This document shows positions 45,180-53,940 of a DNA stretch of 64,000 bases, piece after piece; within the stretch, counting starts at the first letter, position 1, and every line of letters begins with the position of its first letter. The position numbers and the translations under genes are program-made. Origin of the DNA: Candidatus Woesearchaeota archaeon. GTDB lineage: Archaea > Nanobdellota > Nanobdellia > Pacearchaeales > GW2011-AR1. Location of the stretch: assembly GCA_964544395.1 (NCBI GenBank), contig CAZJAO010000001.1:41185-105184 (forward strand), given 5' to 3'. The notes beneath the pieces are model-generated. The model ran no database searches, was not told where the DNA came from, and was given only the letters and a program-made list of their open reading frames with translations.

Positions 45180-47644
45180 AAATCTCCAAGGGTCATCTGT
45201 TTCTTAGTTTCTAAAATTGCATTAATGTCCAGATTGAAAACCTGAAAGATATTTTCAACAGCAGGAAGAATCTGATGTTTTAGATAATATTCAATGTCAT
45301 ATTCTCCTTCTTCATTTGCAAGTTTTACTCTATCTCTTACAAGTCCTTTCTTCTTCGGAGATGCAGAACCATTTGGGCTCTGCTCTGCGATATAATATTC
45401 TATCAAAGCTCCTTCATCAATTGGAATGTGCATCTCTTCCATTTTTTTCGCAGCAATGACGTGGGGAGTTATAGATTTGTATTCTGAAATAGGCTTTTTC
45501 AATTGCGTTCTTACTAAAATTTCTTCTTTGTCAATTCTGCGTTCCTTGATTTTTGCAGAAATCTCTTTTATATAAGTTAATGCTCGGTTCTCATTTCCAT
45601 CTTCAAGAATCATTCTTAAAATTCTGTTTTGCGTTTCTCTTGCAAGGTCGCACCAATCTCTTCTTACTGTTTCAAATCCTCTTATCTTTAATTTTCCTTC
45701 CTCGCCAATCAGCGCATATTTCTTCTTGGCTCCAAATTCTCCTGTTCTCTTTGTAACCCATATTCCTCTCTTGTAAAAATCTTCTAATTCCAGTTCCATT
45801 ATTCCGGGAAGTTTTTCATTCAATTTTTCAAGCATTTCAGTAGTTTCTTTTTTGGATTTTCCATTCTTCAGGAAAGCAATGGAATCGGTATCTGAATAAA
45901 TTGTTTTGAATCCTGATTTGTCAATTTCATCAATCATTTTTTTAATGAAATCTCTGCTCAAGGATGTTGTTGCTGCGGAAGCTTCAGGACAATAATACCT
46001 TGCCCCGAAAAATCCCTGATATCCATAAGAGGCATTTGCCAAAAGCTTGAAAGCATTGCTTCTTGCTCTTGTAATCGCGCTGTCTTTTTTCTTTAATTCC
46101 TGCTTGTATTTTTTTCTCAAAAGAATTATTTCTTTCAGCATTTCAGGGAAGAATCCGGGCTTTTTGTCAAAATAAACTTTTCTGCCTATATCAACTTCAA
46201 GCGAATCTTTTTCTTTTTTCTCAAGAAGAGTCGATGCAGACAGATTAAAAGTAACAATTATGCTTGGCCAATAGCTTGTGAAATCAAATAATACGATGTC
46301 TTCGTATAGTCCGGGAGTAGGCTGAAAAACAAATGCTCCTTCATATTTCTCTCTCCTTCTTCTCTTTCCAATCTCTTCGGCCATTGGTCGCTTTTCAGGA
46401 ATTTCATTAAATCTTTCAAGATTATGAATTATGTAAGATTCAACATTCTTTGACATCCCATTTCTTGAAACATCAAACATAGGTTCCCCCATAACTCTTG
46501 AAAATTCTATCAAATCAGGCCAGAATTTGAAGAACAATTTGTAAGTAAGAATTGAATCATGAAGATTGTATTCAAAATAATCTTTCCAGTCAGATTCAGC
46601 CATTTCAGATAATCCCTTGAATCCGAATTCTTTTTTGTTATCGCCAAGAAACTCGCGAGCAACATCATTCAAGGACAAAGTTTCAGACTGCATATATTGC
46701 GAATAAGCACTGTCAATAAATTTCAGCAGGTCAATATGAACAATTCCATCTACTTTACATGTAAGAACAGCACCTCGGTGAAAAAGGGGCTGACTTCCAT
46801 CAAGTCCGAAAGATAGCTTGACACCATTTTCTTCTGCTCTTGATTTAAGATAAGGCATATCAAAACCATCGCTGAAATATCCCACTAAAAAGTCAGGAGA
46901 AATCTTCTTTACATATTCCAAAAATCTTTCAAGCAGTTCAGCCTCATCTTTGACATATTCAACGTAATCAATTTTGTCCTTCGCACTTTTCCAAGTAATA
47001 ACTTTCTTGAAATTGTCGGAAACAAGAGAAATCATAAGAATTCTTCCTTTTCCGATTCTGAACTCGTCTGTTTCAATATCAAAAGCCAAAACTCTTGGAT
47101 TGAATTCATCCCTTTCAATTTTCTTGGCAGATTTTAACTTAATGCACAAATCAACTTCAAGGTTTGCATCTATTCCTCCAAAATCCAAACTGTTGTTAAG
47201 CACATCTCCTTCAATTTCATACCATGAAAGAGGAACAATTTTCTTCTCGATTATATAATGACTTACAAAGCCAAGGTCATAACCTCTTCTTTTTTCGATT
47301 TCATCCATTCCAAGCTTATCCGCAATATCATGCAAATCCTTGTAATTTGTTGCAAAAATCTTAAACGCCTTAACATCTTTTCCCATGAATTTCTTATCAT
47401 GAAGTTCAACTTTCTCAACTCGCGTTTGCCTGCCCTTTACATTCAATTGTATCTTCTCCATCTTCTCCCTTAATTTTTGTATCTGCTTGTCATTTATCTT
47501 GTCCTTCAAAATAGCCCAGAAATAGATATCACAGGAGTCAATTACACAAATCCTCTTGCCTTTTGCATCTCTTCCGATGAGTTTAGCATAATTTCTGCCT
47601 TCAAAGTCAAAATAGTCATAATCAAGGGGAATAAAGTCAAGTTT
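45176..47644 (-). CDS. polB: DNA polymerase, family B (no inteins)
   Basis: Exo I (LAFDIETDE), motif A (DFTSYWPSIIVTFNLS), motif C (IYSDTDSIAF), KKKYA-like KKKYALI motif; the ORF-track start at 47752 is GTG, the first ATG at 47644 (MKLDFIPLDYDYFDF) is used and sits ~27 nt downstream of a TATA-like box (leaderless-like). Confidence 0.9.
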   Translation of the reverse strand, partial: KLDFIPLDYDYFDFEGRNYAKLIGRDAKGKRICVIDSCDIYFWAILKDKINDKQIQKLREKMEKIQLNVKGRQTRVEKVELHDKKFMGKDVKAFKIFATNYKDLHDIADKLGMDEIEKRRGYDLGFVSHYIIEKKIVPLSWYEIEGDVLNNSLDFGGIDANLEVDLCIKLKSAKKIERDEFNPRVLAFDIETDEFRIGKGRILMISLVSDNFKKVITWKSAKDKIDYVEYVKDEAELLERFLEYVKKISPDFLVGYFSDGFDMPYLKSRAEENGVKLSFGLDGSQPLFHRGAVLTCKVDGIVHIDLLKFIDSAYSQYMQSETLSLNDVAREFLGDNKKEFGFKGLSEMAESDWKDYFEYNLHDSILTYKLFFKFWPDLIEFSRVMGEPMFDVSRNGMSKNVESYIIHNLERFNEIPEKRPMAEEIGKRRRREKYEGAFVFQPTPGLYEDIVLFDFTSYWPSIIVTFNLSASTLLEKKEKDSLEVDIGRKVYFDKKPGFFPEMLKEIILLRKKYKQELKKKDSAITRARSNAFKLLANASYGYQGFFGARYYCPEASAATTSLSRDFIKKMIDEIDKSGFKTIYSDTDSIAFLKNGKSKKETTEMLEKLNEKLPGIMELELEDFYKRGIWVTKRTGEFGAKKKYALIGEEGKLKIRGFETVRRDWCDLARETQNRILRMILEDGNENRALTYIKEISAKIKERRIDKEEILVRTQLKKPISEYKSITPHVIAAKKMEEMHIPIDEGALIEYYIAEQSPNGSASPKKKGLVRDRVKLANEEGEYDIEYYLKHQILPAVENIFQVFNLDINAILETKKQMTLGDF

Positions 47645-47697
47645 CATGTAAAAATTAGTTTCATAATCCTTAAATACCTTTTTTTGTGTAATTTTGC

Positions 47698-48351
47698 ATG
47701 GATGAGCATTTACTTGGAGAACCCGTAAATAGTAATGATAAACAGGTATCACCTAATCCCAGGACTAAAATGTTGGAAGAGAGATTAGAAGATGCCGGGC
47801 GGAATGGCAGATCTATTGAACTTTCATTAATAATAGATGAATTAGGAATAGAGCCAGAACCAAGATATCAAGTCTACTATGATCAAGGCATCGAATGGAG
47901 ATCAAATTTATCTAAAGTTCAAATCGAAGGAATTAAAATGAGAATAGGATTAATTGAAGCCAAACCCAAAAAAAGGCAGAATTTGCGTGCAATCGCTGAA
48001 TCATATTCAAAGGAAGATGAAGCACGTTCAGCTCCTGCTGAACCTGAAAAGAGACTACAACCTAAGCAGTATACAATAGCTCAATACGACATTGATAAAA
48101 GTATGGATGGTTATGTAAAAGTAAAACGTGTTAATTTAAGAACTTATGAAGAAGCAATTAAATTCTTAGAAATGTTTGGTACACCTACATTAAAGATTGA
48201 GGGAGGAAAGCAGCTTCCCTTAAAAGAATGTACGCCCTCAAGAGTCATAGCTGCTGCAATTGGAAAATATGATGATGCCCAAATACGATTAAAAGAAAAG
48301 AGGGATAATTTAAGAGAAATAATTAATGGTTCTCATCCCGAGTACGAATAA
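47698..48351 (+). CDS. hypothetical protein (compositionally atypical) directly upstream of the HerA-like ATPase
   Basis: 217 aa, Arg/Glu/Ala/Pro-rich, ATG start; no recognisable motif. Confidence 0.4.
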   Translation: MDEHLLGEPVNSNDKQVSPNPRTKMLEERLEDAGRNGRSIELSLIIDELGIEPEPRYQVYYDQGIEWRSNLSKVQIEGIKMRIGLIEAKPKKRQNLRAIAESYSKEDEARSAPAEPEKRLQPKQYTIAQYDIDKSMDGYVKVKRVNLRTYEEAIKFLEMFGTPTLKIEGGKQLPLKECTPSRVIAAAIGKYDDAQIRLKEKRDNLREIINGSHPEYE

Positions 48352-48406
48352 ATATTAAAACTCTGCTTGGTATTTCTAATTATGAAAGTTTTCAAACTTC
48401 TTGTTT

Positions 48407-48445
48407 GGGATGCTGGAAATTGTAGAAACCCGCAGGAGGTTTCAC
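48407..48445 (+). promoter_or_regulatory. copy 1 of the conserved 5' leader hairpin that sequesters the AGGAGG ribosome-binding site
   Basis: ggatgctgg-aaattg-tagaaacccgcaggaggtttcac-ATG; stem gaaacc/ggtttc with loop cgcagga; the same sequence recurs at 59222-59251 with one extra base pair. Confidence 0.6.
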
Positions 48446-49750
48446 ATGTATGATATCATAATCGGGAGGGACGCTTCTGACAAAGAAAAATTTGGTGACA
48501 GGGGACTTATTTTCATTGGAAAGGGCTATGTTAAAATGGGACAATATACTTCTTTGAGCAATAGGATTTTAATGGACGTAGTAAGAAGCCATGTAGTTTT
48601 AGTAGCTGGAAAAAGAGGAAGTGGTAAATCTTATACATTAGGTGCAATTGCGGAAGAACTTTCTAATCTTCCAGCAGATATAAGCAAAAATATTGCTTCT
48701 CTGATTTTCGATACAATGGGGATTTATTGGACCATGAAATTCAGAAATGAAAAAGACAGAGACTTGCTTCTCGAATGGGGATTGAAAACCAAAAACTTGC
48801 CAGTTAAAATATTCGTTCCTTTCGGACATTTTGATGAATATCAAGCGAAAGGAGTTTCAGTAGATGAAAAATTCGCCCTTGATATAACTGAACTGAACCC
48901 CGAGGATTGGATTATTACTTTTGGTTTGGATATGATAAGTCCGACTTCAATATTAATCGAAAGAACAATCTCCGAATTGAAAACAAAAGGCAGATTTGGA
49001 ATAGGAGATATTATTGAAAGATTTGAAGGAGACGAAAAATCTGCACAGGAAACAAGAAATGCTGCAGTTTCTCTTTTTGAAGCAGCGCGAACATGGGGTG
49101 TTTTCTCAGAGAAAGGAAAAGATGCAACGCAAATAAGGGATTTGATTACCGCAGGAACTACTTCTGTTCTTGATTTAAGTGTATACAATTCAATTGGAGC
49201 TTTCAATGTCAGGGCATTAGTAATAAGCCTTGTATCAAGAAAGATTTTCAACGAAAGAATGGATGCAAGAAAAAAAGAGGAAGTGCAGTCAATTTCAAAA
49301 GGTGCAAATTATCTTTCATCATTGGAAACTAAAGAAACTCCCTTGACATGGTTGTTTATTGATGAAGCCCACGAATTTCTCCCGCTTACAGGAAAGACTG
49401 CCGCTTCTGATGCATTGATTCAATTGCTTAGAGAAGGAAGACAACCAGGAATCTCTGTTGTTCTTGCAACGCAGCAGCCGGGGCAGATTCATAGAGATGT
49501 CATGACTCAGTCAGACATAGTTATTTCTCACAGGGTTACATCAAAACCAGATTTGGACGCCTTAGGTTATATCATGCAAACTTATTTGAGCGAAAGCATA
49601 AGAAATTATATGAATGACCTTCCCACATTAAAAGGTTCTGCAATTATTCTTGATGATAATTCCGAAAGGATTTATCCCATGAGAGTTCGTCCAAGATTCA
49701 CATGGCATGGTGGTGAGGCTCCAACAGCTATCGGTGTAGAAAAAAAGTAA
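48446..49750 (+). CDS. HerA/FtsK-superfamily (DUF87-like) P-loop ATPase
   Basis: Walker A VLVAGKRGSGKSYTLG, Walker B WLFIDEAHEFLP, ATQQPGQI (HerA-type ATQRP box); the ORF-track start at 48401 is TTG and translates through the leader hairpin, so the ATG at 48446 after the SD is used. Confidence 0.6.
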   Translation: MYDIIIGRDASDKEKFGDRGLIFIGKGYVKMGQYTSLSNRILMDVVRSHVVLVAGKRGSGKSYTLGAIAEELSNLPADISKNIASLIFDTMGIYWTMKFRNEKDRDLLLEWGLKTKNLPVKIFVPFGHFDEYQAKGVSVDEKFALDITELNPEDWIITFGLDMISPTSILIERTISELKTKGRFGIGDIIERFEGDEKSAQETRNAAVSLFEAARTWGVFSEKGKDATQIRDLITAGTTSVLDLSVYNSIGAFNVRALVISLVSRKIFNERMDARKKEEVQSISKGANYLSSLETKETPLTWLFIDEAHEFLPLTGKTAASDALIQLLREGRQPGISVVLATQQPGQIHRDVMTQSDIVISHRVTSKPDLDALGYIMQTYLSESIRNYMNDLPTLKGSAIILDDNSERIYPMRVRPRFTWHGGEAPTAIGVEKK

Positions 49751-50527
49751 TCATAATACTCTCAAATCGATTCTTATTCTATACTTGTAAGGAGAAATTT
49801 CGCCTGCTTTCTTTATCTTAAGAATTTGAATTTTCTTCTTGTTTTTTTCTGCTTCATTCAGAACTTTATTTTTTATCAGATTAATTTCATCACTTTTGCA
49901 GAAATCATAATAATAAATTCTTGTTCCGGATTTGGAAAGCATAAATGCCTGTTTTAGAAAACTGTCTTTCAATTGTGGGCGAGGCATTACAATTGCATCA
50001 AATTTGTCTTTCAGTTTTTCTGCAACTTTCTTTATATCTCCGGGAACTAAAATGATTTTGTTCTTTAGTTTATTCAGCTCAATATTCAATTTAGCATATT
50101 CATTTGCTTTCTTATTTAGTTCATTGGAGTAGACTATCTTTGCTTTGGAAAGTTTGGCTATCACAATTGAGAAGGGGGAAATTCCTGCAAACATAACCAG
50201 AACCTTGTCTCCTTTTTTTATCTGGTGTGCAATTTCTTTCCTTTCATTGCTTAGTCTGGAGGAAAAATAAGTGTCATCAATGTTAAATCTGAACACGCAT
50301 CCATTCTCTTTGTAAAGAGCTTCTTTCGTTTTTTCTCCTGCAAGATATTTCGTAGTTTGTTTTCTTAGTCTGCCTTTGAATTTGCCTGTTTTCTCCAAAA
50401 CAGTTCGGATAGATTTATTTTTCTGAAGCAAGTCTTTTGCAAATTCTTTTTTGCTTTTGGAACTCACCCAAATTTGGAATTTCACAATTGCTATATTCCC
50501 CATAATATCAAAAGAACCTTTAATCAT
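49751..50527 (-). CDS. trm5: tRNA (guanine37-N1)-methyltransferase Trm5/Taw2-like (Met-10+ family)
   Basis: FDIMGNIAIVKF and VLVMFAGISPFSIVIAK (SAM-binding) match the archaeal Trm5/TYW2 class I MTase signatures; 258 aa. Confidence 0.75.
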   Translation of the reverse strand: MIKGSFDIMGNIAIVKFQIWVSSKSKKEFAKDLLQKNKSIRTVLEKTGKFKGRLRKQTTKYLAGEKTKEALYKENGCVFRFNIDDTYFSSRLSNERKEIAHQIKKGDKVLVMFAGISPFSIVIAKLSKAKIVYSNELNKKANEYAKLNIELNKLKNKIILVPGDIKKVAEKLKDKFDAIVMPRPQLKDSFLKQAFMLSKSGTRIYYYDFCKSDEINLIKNKVLNEAEKNKKKIQILKIKKAGEISPYKYRIRIDLRVL

Positions 50528-50603
50528 AGTAATACAAATAAACTAATTATTAAAAAGCTATCCAACAGGATAAATTTATAAAAACTATCAGAGTAAGAGA
50601 ATT

Positions 50604-51128
50604 ATGAAAAAGGGATGGTTACTTCTTAGTGCATTTGCATCATTAATCTCATTTATCAGTTTTACAAGTGCGCAATCAGTAATAAGTGATATTTTTGCGG
50701 GCATTGACGCAACAACAATAACCCTAGCCATTCTTTTTGTTGTCTTCTTTGCAGTATTATATTTCTCGACATCAAAGATTTTCAAGGGAAATAAAACAAT
50801 TTCTGCAGTAATTTCTCTTGCTCTGGCTCTTTTATTGGTTTATTGGATAAACCAATCAGCAAATATCGGCGGGCTTTTTGCAGGTATAGGCATTTCAGGG
50901 GATAGCCTTTACACAATCGGTTCAATATTCATTATCGCATTCACAATCTTCCTTTTTATAAAAATTAAGTCATTAGCATTATTTGTTCTTGGAGGAATTC
51001 TTATTGCTGTGGCTATAAGTGGGCTTATATACGATACCACTACTGTTGCAGTAATAGGAATTGTTTTGGTAATATTAGGAATAATATTTGCGGCTAAAAA
51101 AAAACATATCGGGGCGCGCAGGGTATAA
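50604..51128 (+). CDS. hypothetical polytopic membrane protein (possibly the 5' part of a disrupted longer gene)
   Basis: signal-like N-terminus and four TM helices; ends just after an A9 homopolymer (51096-51104). Confidence 0.4.
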   Translation: MKKGWLLLSAFASLISFISFTSAQSVISDIFAGIDATTITLAILFVVFFAVLYFSTSKIFKGNKTISAVISLALALLLVYWINQSANIGGLFAGIGISGDSLYTIGSIFIIAFTIFLFIKIKSLALFVLGGILIAVAISGLIYDTTTVAVIGIVLVILGIIFAAKKKHIGARRV

Positions 51129-51607
51129 ATTTCGGTAAAAATAATATCTCTTTTTCTGGTCCTCGTGAAAATTGGGTAAGCAGAAAAAAAGCTGCTGCAA
51201 ATCGTGCTGCTGAAGAAGCTGAAATTCTTAGACGAAGATTAGAAGCAGAAAAAAAACAGCTTGGTCCTTAAAGAGACTTGGCTGAAAGAGCGCGGGCAAT
51301 GGCAGTTGCAAATGCAGATTATATCCAGCATGAAGCAAGACAGAAGGCATCTACAGAAGCTCTTCAAAGAGAAAAAGAAGCCCAAATAGCTCAGGAACAA
51401 AGACAGGAACAGGGCCTGCAAAATCAGGTGGGGGCATATTTGGATTCACTAAGGCAATCTTTTCAAAAATTACAGGAAGAATATAATGCACTTCTGAGAA
51501 TAAATCCCCAAGACCCGGAAGTTAAAAATATCTATAACCAGTTATCTGCTGTCCGTTCAGAGATTCAAAGAGTAATGCAAAACAATAAAATCCGATACAA
51601 GGATTAG
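51128..51607 (+). pseudogene. Ala/Arg/Gln/Glu-rich coiled-coil reading frame without an ATG, continuous with the upstream membrane gene after a -1/+2 shift in the A9 tract and interrupted by an in-frame TAA (51269-51271)
   Basis: frame 2 is open from before 51128 to 51607 except for one TAA; the ORF-track start at 51278 is TTG; translation ...AANRAAEEAEILRRRLEAEKKQLGP*RDLAERARAMAVANADYIQHEARQKASTEALQREKEAQIAQEQRQ... Confidence 0.35.
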
Positions 51608-51657
51608 AACCATTTATTCAAATCTTCCTGCAATTTTTTAAAAAATTGTAGCAAAAT

Positions 51658-52698
51658 TTAGAACCAACGTTCTAAATTTTTCTGCTTGTTCTTCTCTTCG
51701 GTTATTTCAAGTTTCTCCAATTGTTTGTCAATCCTTTCTTCAGAGAAATCATGCTTCTCTACGAGGATTTCCTTTATTTTTGCTACGTCAAGCTTGTTTG
51801 ATTTCAAATCTGAATTTACAACATCAGGCTTGTGAAATAAAGCAAAAATCTCTTTCCAATCAAATTTGTCTTCTTCATCCATCTTTTCCATCTGCTCTTC
51901 AACACTCTTGAAAATCATGACTGGTTGTTTATATTGCTGGACAATTTTCAAAGCTTTCTTTTGCCCAATTCCAGGAATTCCTTTGGGATTATAATCTGTT
52001 CCGACAAGTATTCCTAAGCAAATCAATTGGTCAAGACTAATGTTAAGGGTATTCAAAACTTTTTCAAGTTCGATAATTTCAGGATTGACTTCTATCCATC
52101 CCCTGAATGTTTTTCTTTTTTTGGAAAAAGTAAGATTTCTTACCAATTTTGGTGTTCCGAATAATAAACTGTCGTAATCCTGGCTTACACTCGCATAAAT
52201 CTTGTCTTTGATTCTTGCAAGATAAGCAGCTTCAGCTTCGCCCTCTCCTGGAGCTTGAACAACTGCAATTCCCATAGCACTCAGAAGTTCCTTTGCCTCT
52301 TCTATCATCTCGTGATTTAGCCTTACAAGCTGACTGCCGTATCTCTTCATCGCAGGCAAGTCTTCTTCTTGTTTTGCTTCTTCATATCTTTCTTCTGAAA
52401 CCTCTCTACTATCGTGTCTTTTTTCATGAGTCTTGTATTTTAAATCAGGGGCTTTCCCATCAAATGCATAAATCAACTTTATCCCTTCAGCAAGAAGACT
52501 TACATTTCTGTAAAAAATTCCTGACAGGTGGCTTGTGATTCTTCCTTTATTGTCCATAAGAGGAGTTCCATCAGGCTGCCTAATCGTAGATAAAAACTGA
52601 TAAAGGATATTGAATGCATCAACACAGAGCGTCTTGCCTTTCAAATCAGAAATTTTTATTTCTTCTCTTGGAATTATATCACTTATATTCAAACCCAT
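51658..52698 (-). CDS. fen: flap endonuclease FEN-1
   Basis: XPG-N (MGLNISDIIPREEI...CVDAFNILYQF) and XPG-I regions, H3TH, C-terminal PIP box QKNLERWF; 346 aa. Confidence 0.9.
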   Translation of the reverse strand: MGLNISDIIPREEIKISDLKGKTLCVDAFNILYQFLSTIRQPDGTPLMDNKGRITSHLSGIFYRNVSLLAEGIKLIYAFDGKAPDLKYKTHEKRHDSREVSEERYEEAKQEEDLPAMKRYGSQLVRLNHEMIEEAKELLSAMGIAVVQAPGEGEAEAAYLARIKDKIYASVSQDYDSLLFGTPKLVRNLTFSKKRKTFRGWIEVNPEIIELEKVLNTLNISLDQLICLGILVGTDYNPKGIPGIGQKKALKIVQQYKQPVMIFKSVEEQMEKMDEEDKFDWKEIFALFHKPDVVNSDLKSNKLDVAKIKEILVEKHDFSEERIDKQLEKLEITEEKNKQKNLERWF

Positions 52699-52767
52699 TA
52701 TAAATACATTAATTCTAAATATAAAAAATTATGCAATTAGGCTAAATATAAAGGAGGTGTGGAACTG

Positions 52768-53940
52768 TTAGTTCTGCCTGTCCAAATACTCTTCTTCTTC
52801 TTTTTCAAGCTTCAACTCTTTCCTTGCTTCGGGATTTTTCAATATCAGTCTCAGCAGTGGAAATTCAAACATCGCACGCTTCTGCCCAATATGAACATGT
52901 TGAGCATATTTTCTTGCAATTGTAACCTTCTTCGCAGTTCTCTGATTATTGAGCCAGATTTTCAAAATTCTTTCGGGTTTTTTATAATTAGTAAATCCTC
53001 TCTTTATTCCGTCTTTTGCAGATGCGATTCCATAACTAAGGAGAATATTTTCATAAACTAAAAATCGCCAATATTGCTGTTTGTAGATTCTTCCCTTGAA
53101 AACATCAGCCATGCTCAGAGCATCATAAGCTTTTTGCAATTCAGCACCTTTGTATTCTGCAGGGATATTCTCTTCCAACCAAAGCATAATCTGATCTATA
53201 GGCATATTTACCGAATCAAAAATCCTAAGTGTGTTATCATTAGGTTTTTCCTTGAAAATAACTCTTAATGCATTGAAGATATCTACTTCTTTGTTTCTGT
53301 CATTCTCTAAAATTTTGGAAGGGTCTTCCATTCCGACTGCAATCTGCAAATCATTAATTGCCGCACGCAAGTCTCCCTTAGCTTTTACAGAAATTCCAGT
53401 CAAGAGATTATTATCCATAAATTTATCTTCTTTTTTCAATATTGCAATAAGAACATCCTTTATTGTCTTGTAATCAATTTCTTTTAATTGAACCAGTTCA
53501 CATTCTTTTCTTAATGCGCTAAAACTTTTGTCCCAGATGTCATTTGCAGTAATTATGATTGGCCAGTTTGCATCTTCAAGAAAACCCACAAGTTCTGGAA
53601 GTCCACCCCAATCTTCTTTTGAAATTCCATCAACTTCATCAACAAGGATTATTTTATTATCATTAGTAAGAGACATTTGTTCAAGTGCCGGTCCTAAAAC
53701 TGCTTTAAGCTTTTCTTTGTTTCTCAAATCAGAAGCATTCAATTCAAAGATTTCAGAATCTGTCTCTGCCGCTGCTGCATAAGCCAGAGTAGTCTTACCA
53801 GTTCCCGGAGGACCATAGAGCATCAGCGCTTTTTTTCCTTTTTGAAAATTCTTAAGAAAAATCTTTATCTTTTCAATTGCATCATTCTGCCCTTTTATCT
53901 CAGAAAATCTCTTTGGCCTATAAATTTCAACCCAAGGCAT
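52768..53940 (-). CDS. rfcL: replication factor C large subunit
   Basis: PWVEIYRPKRFSEIKGQ, Walker [20 protein letters not shown] Walker B; 390 aa with a C-terminal acidic tail. Confidence 0.85.
   Translation of the reverse strand: MPWVEIYRPKRFSEIKGQNDAIEKIKIFLKNFQKGKKALMLYGPPGTGKTTLAYAAAAETDSEIFELNASDLRNKEKLKAVLGPALEQMSLTNDNKIILVDEVDGISKEDWGGLPELVGFLEDANWPIIITANDIWDKSFSALRKECELVQLKEIDYKTIKDVLIAILKKEDKFMDNNLLTGISVKAKGDLRAAINDLQIAVGMEDPSKILENDRNKEVDIFNALRVIFKEKPNDNTLRIFDSVNMPIDQIMLWLEENIPAEYKGAELQKAYDALSMADVFKGRIYKQQYWRFLVYENILLSYGIASAKDGIKRGFTNYKKPERILKIWLNNQRTAKKVTIARKYAQHVHIGQKRAMFEFPLLRLILKNPEARKELKLEKEEEEYLDRQN

Noticed and set aside
48401-48445. ORF-track N-terminus of the HerA-like ATPase (MFGMLEIVETRRRFH)
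   Set aside because: It starts at TTG and is simply the translation of the conserved leader hairpin and SD. The ATG at 48446 has ideal SD spacing.
44583-51607. Integrated provirus or integrative element spanning the atypical-composition genes around polB
   Set aside because: No integrase, att-like repeats flanking the region, capsid or terminase genes. polB, trm5 and the fen-rfc cluster are core genes. Only individual ORFs, not the whole block, are compositionally odd.
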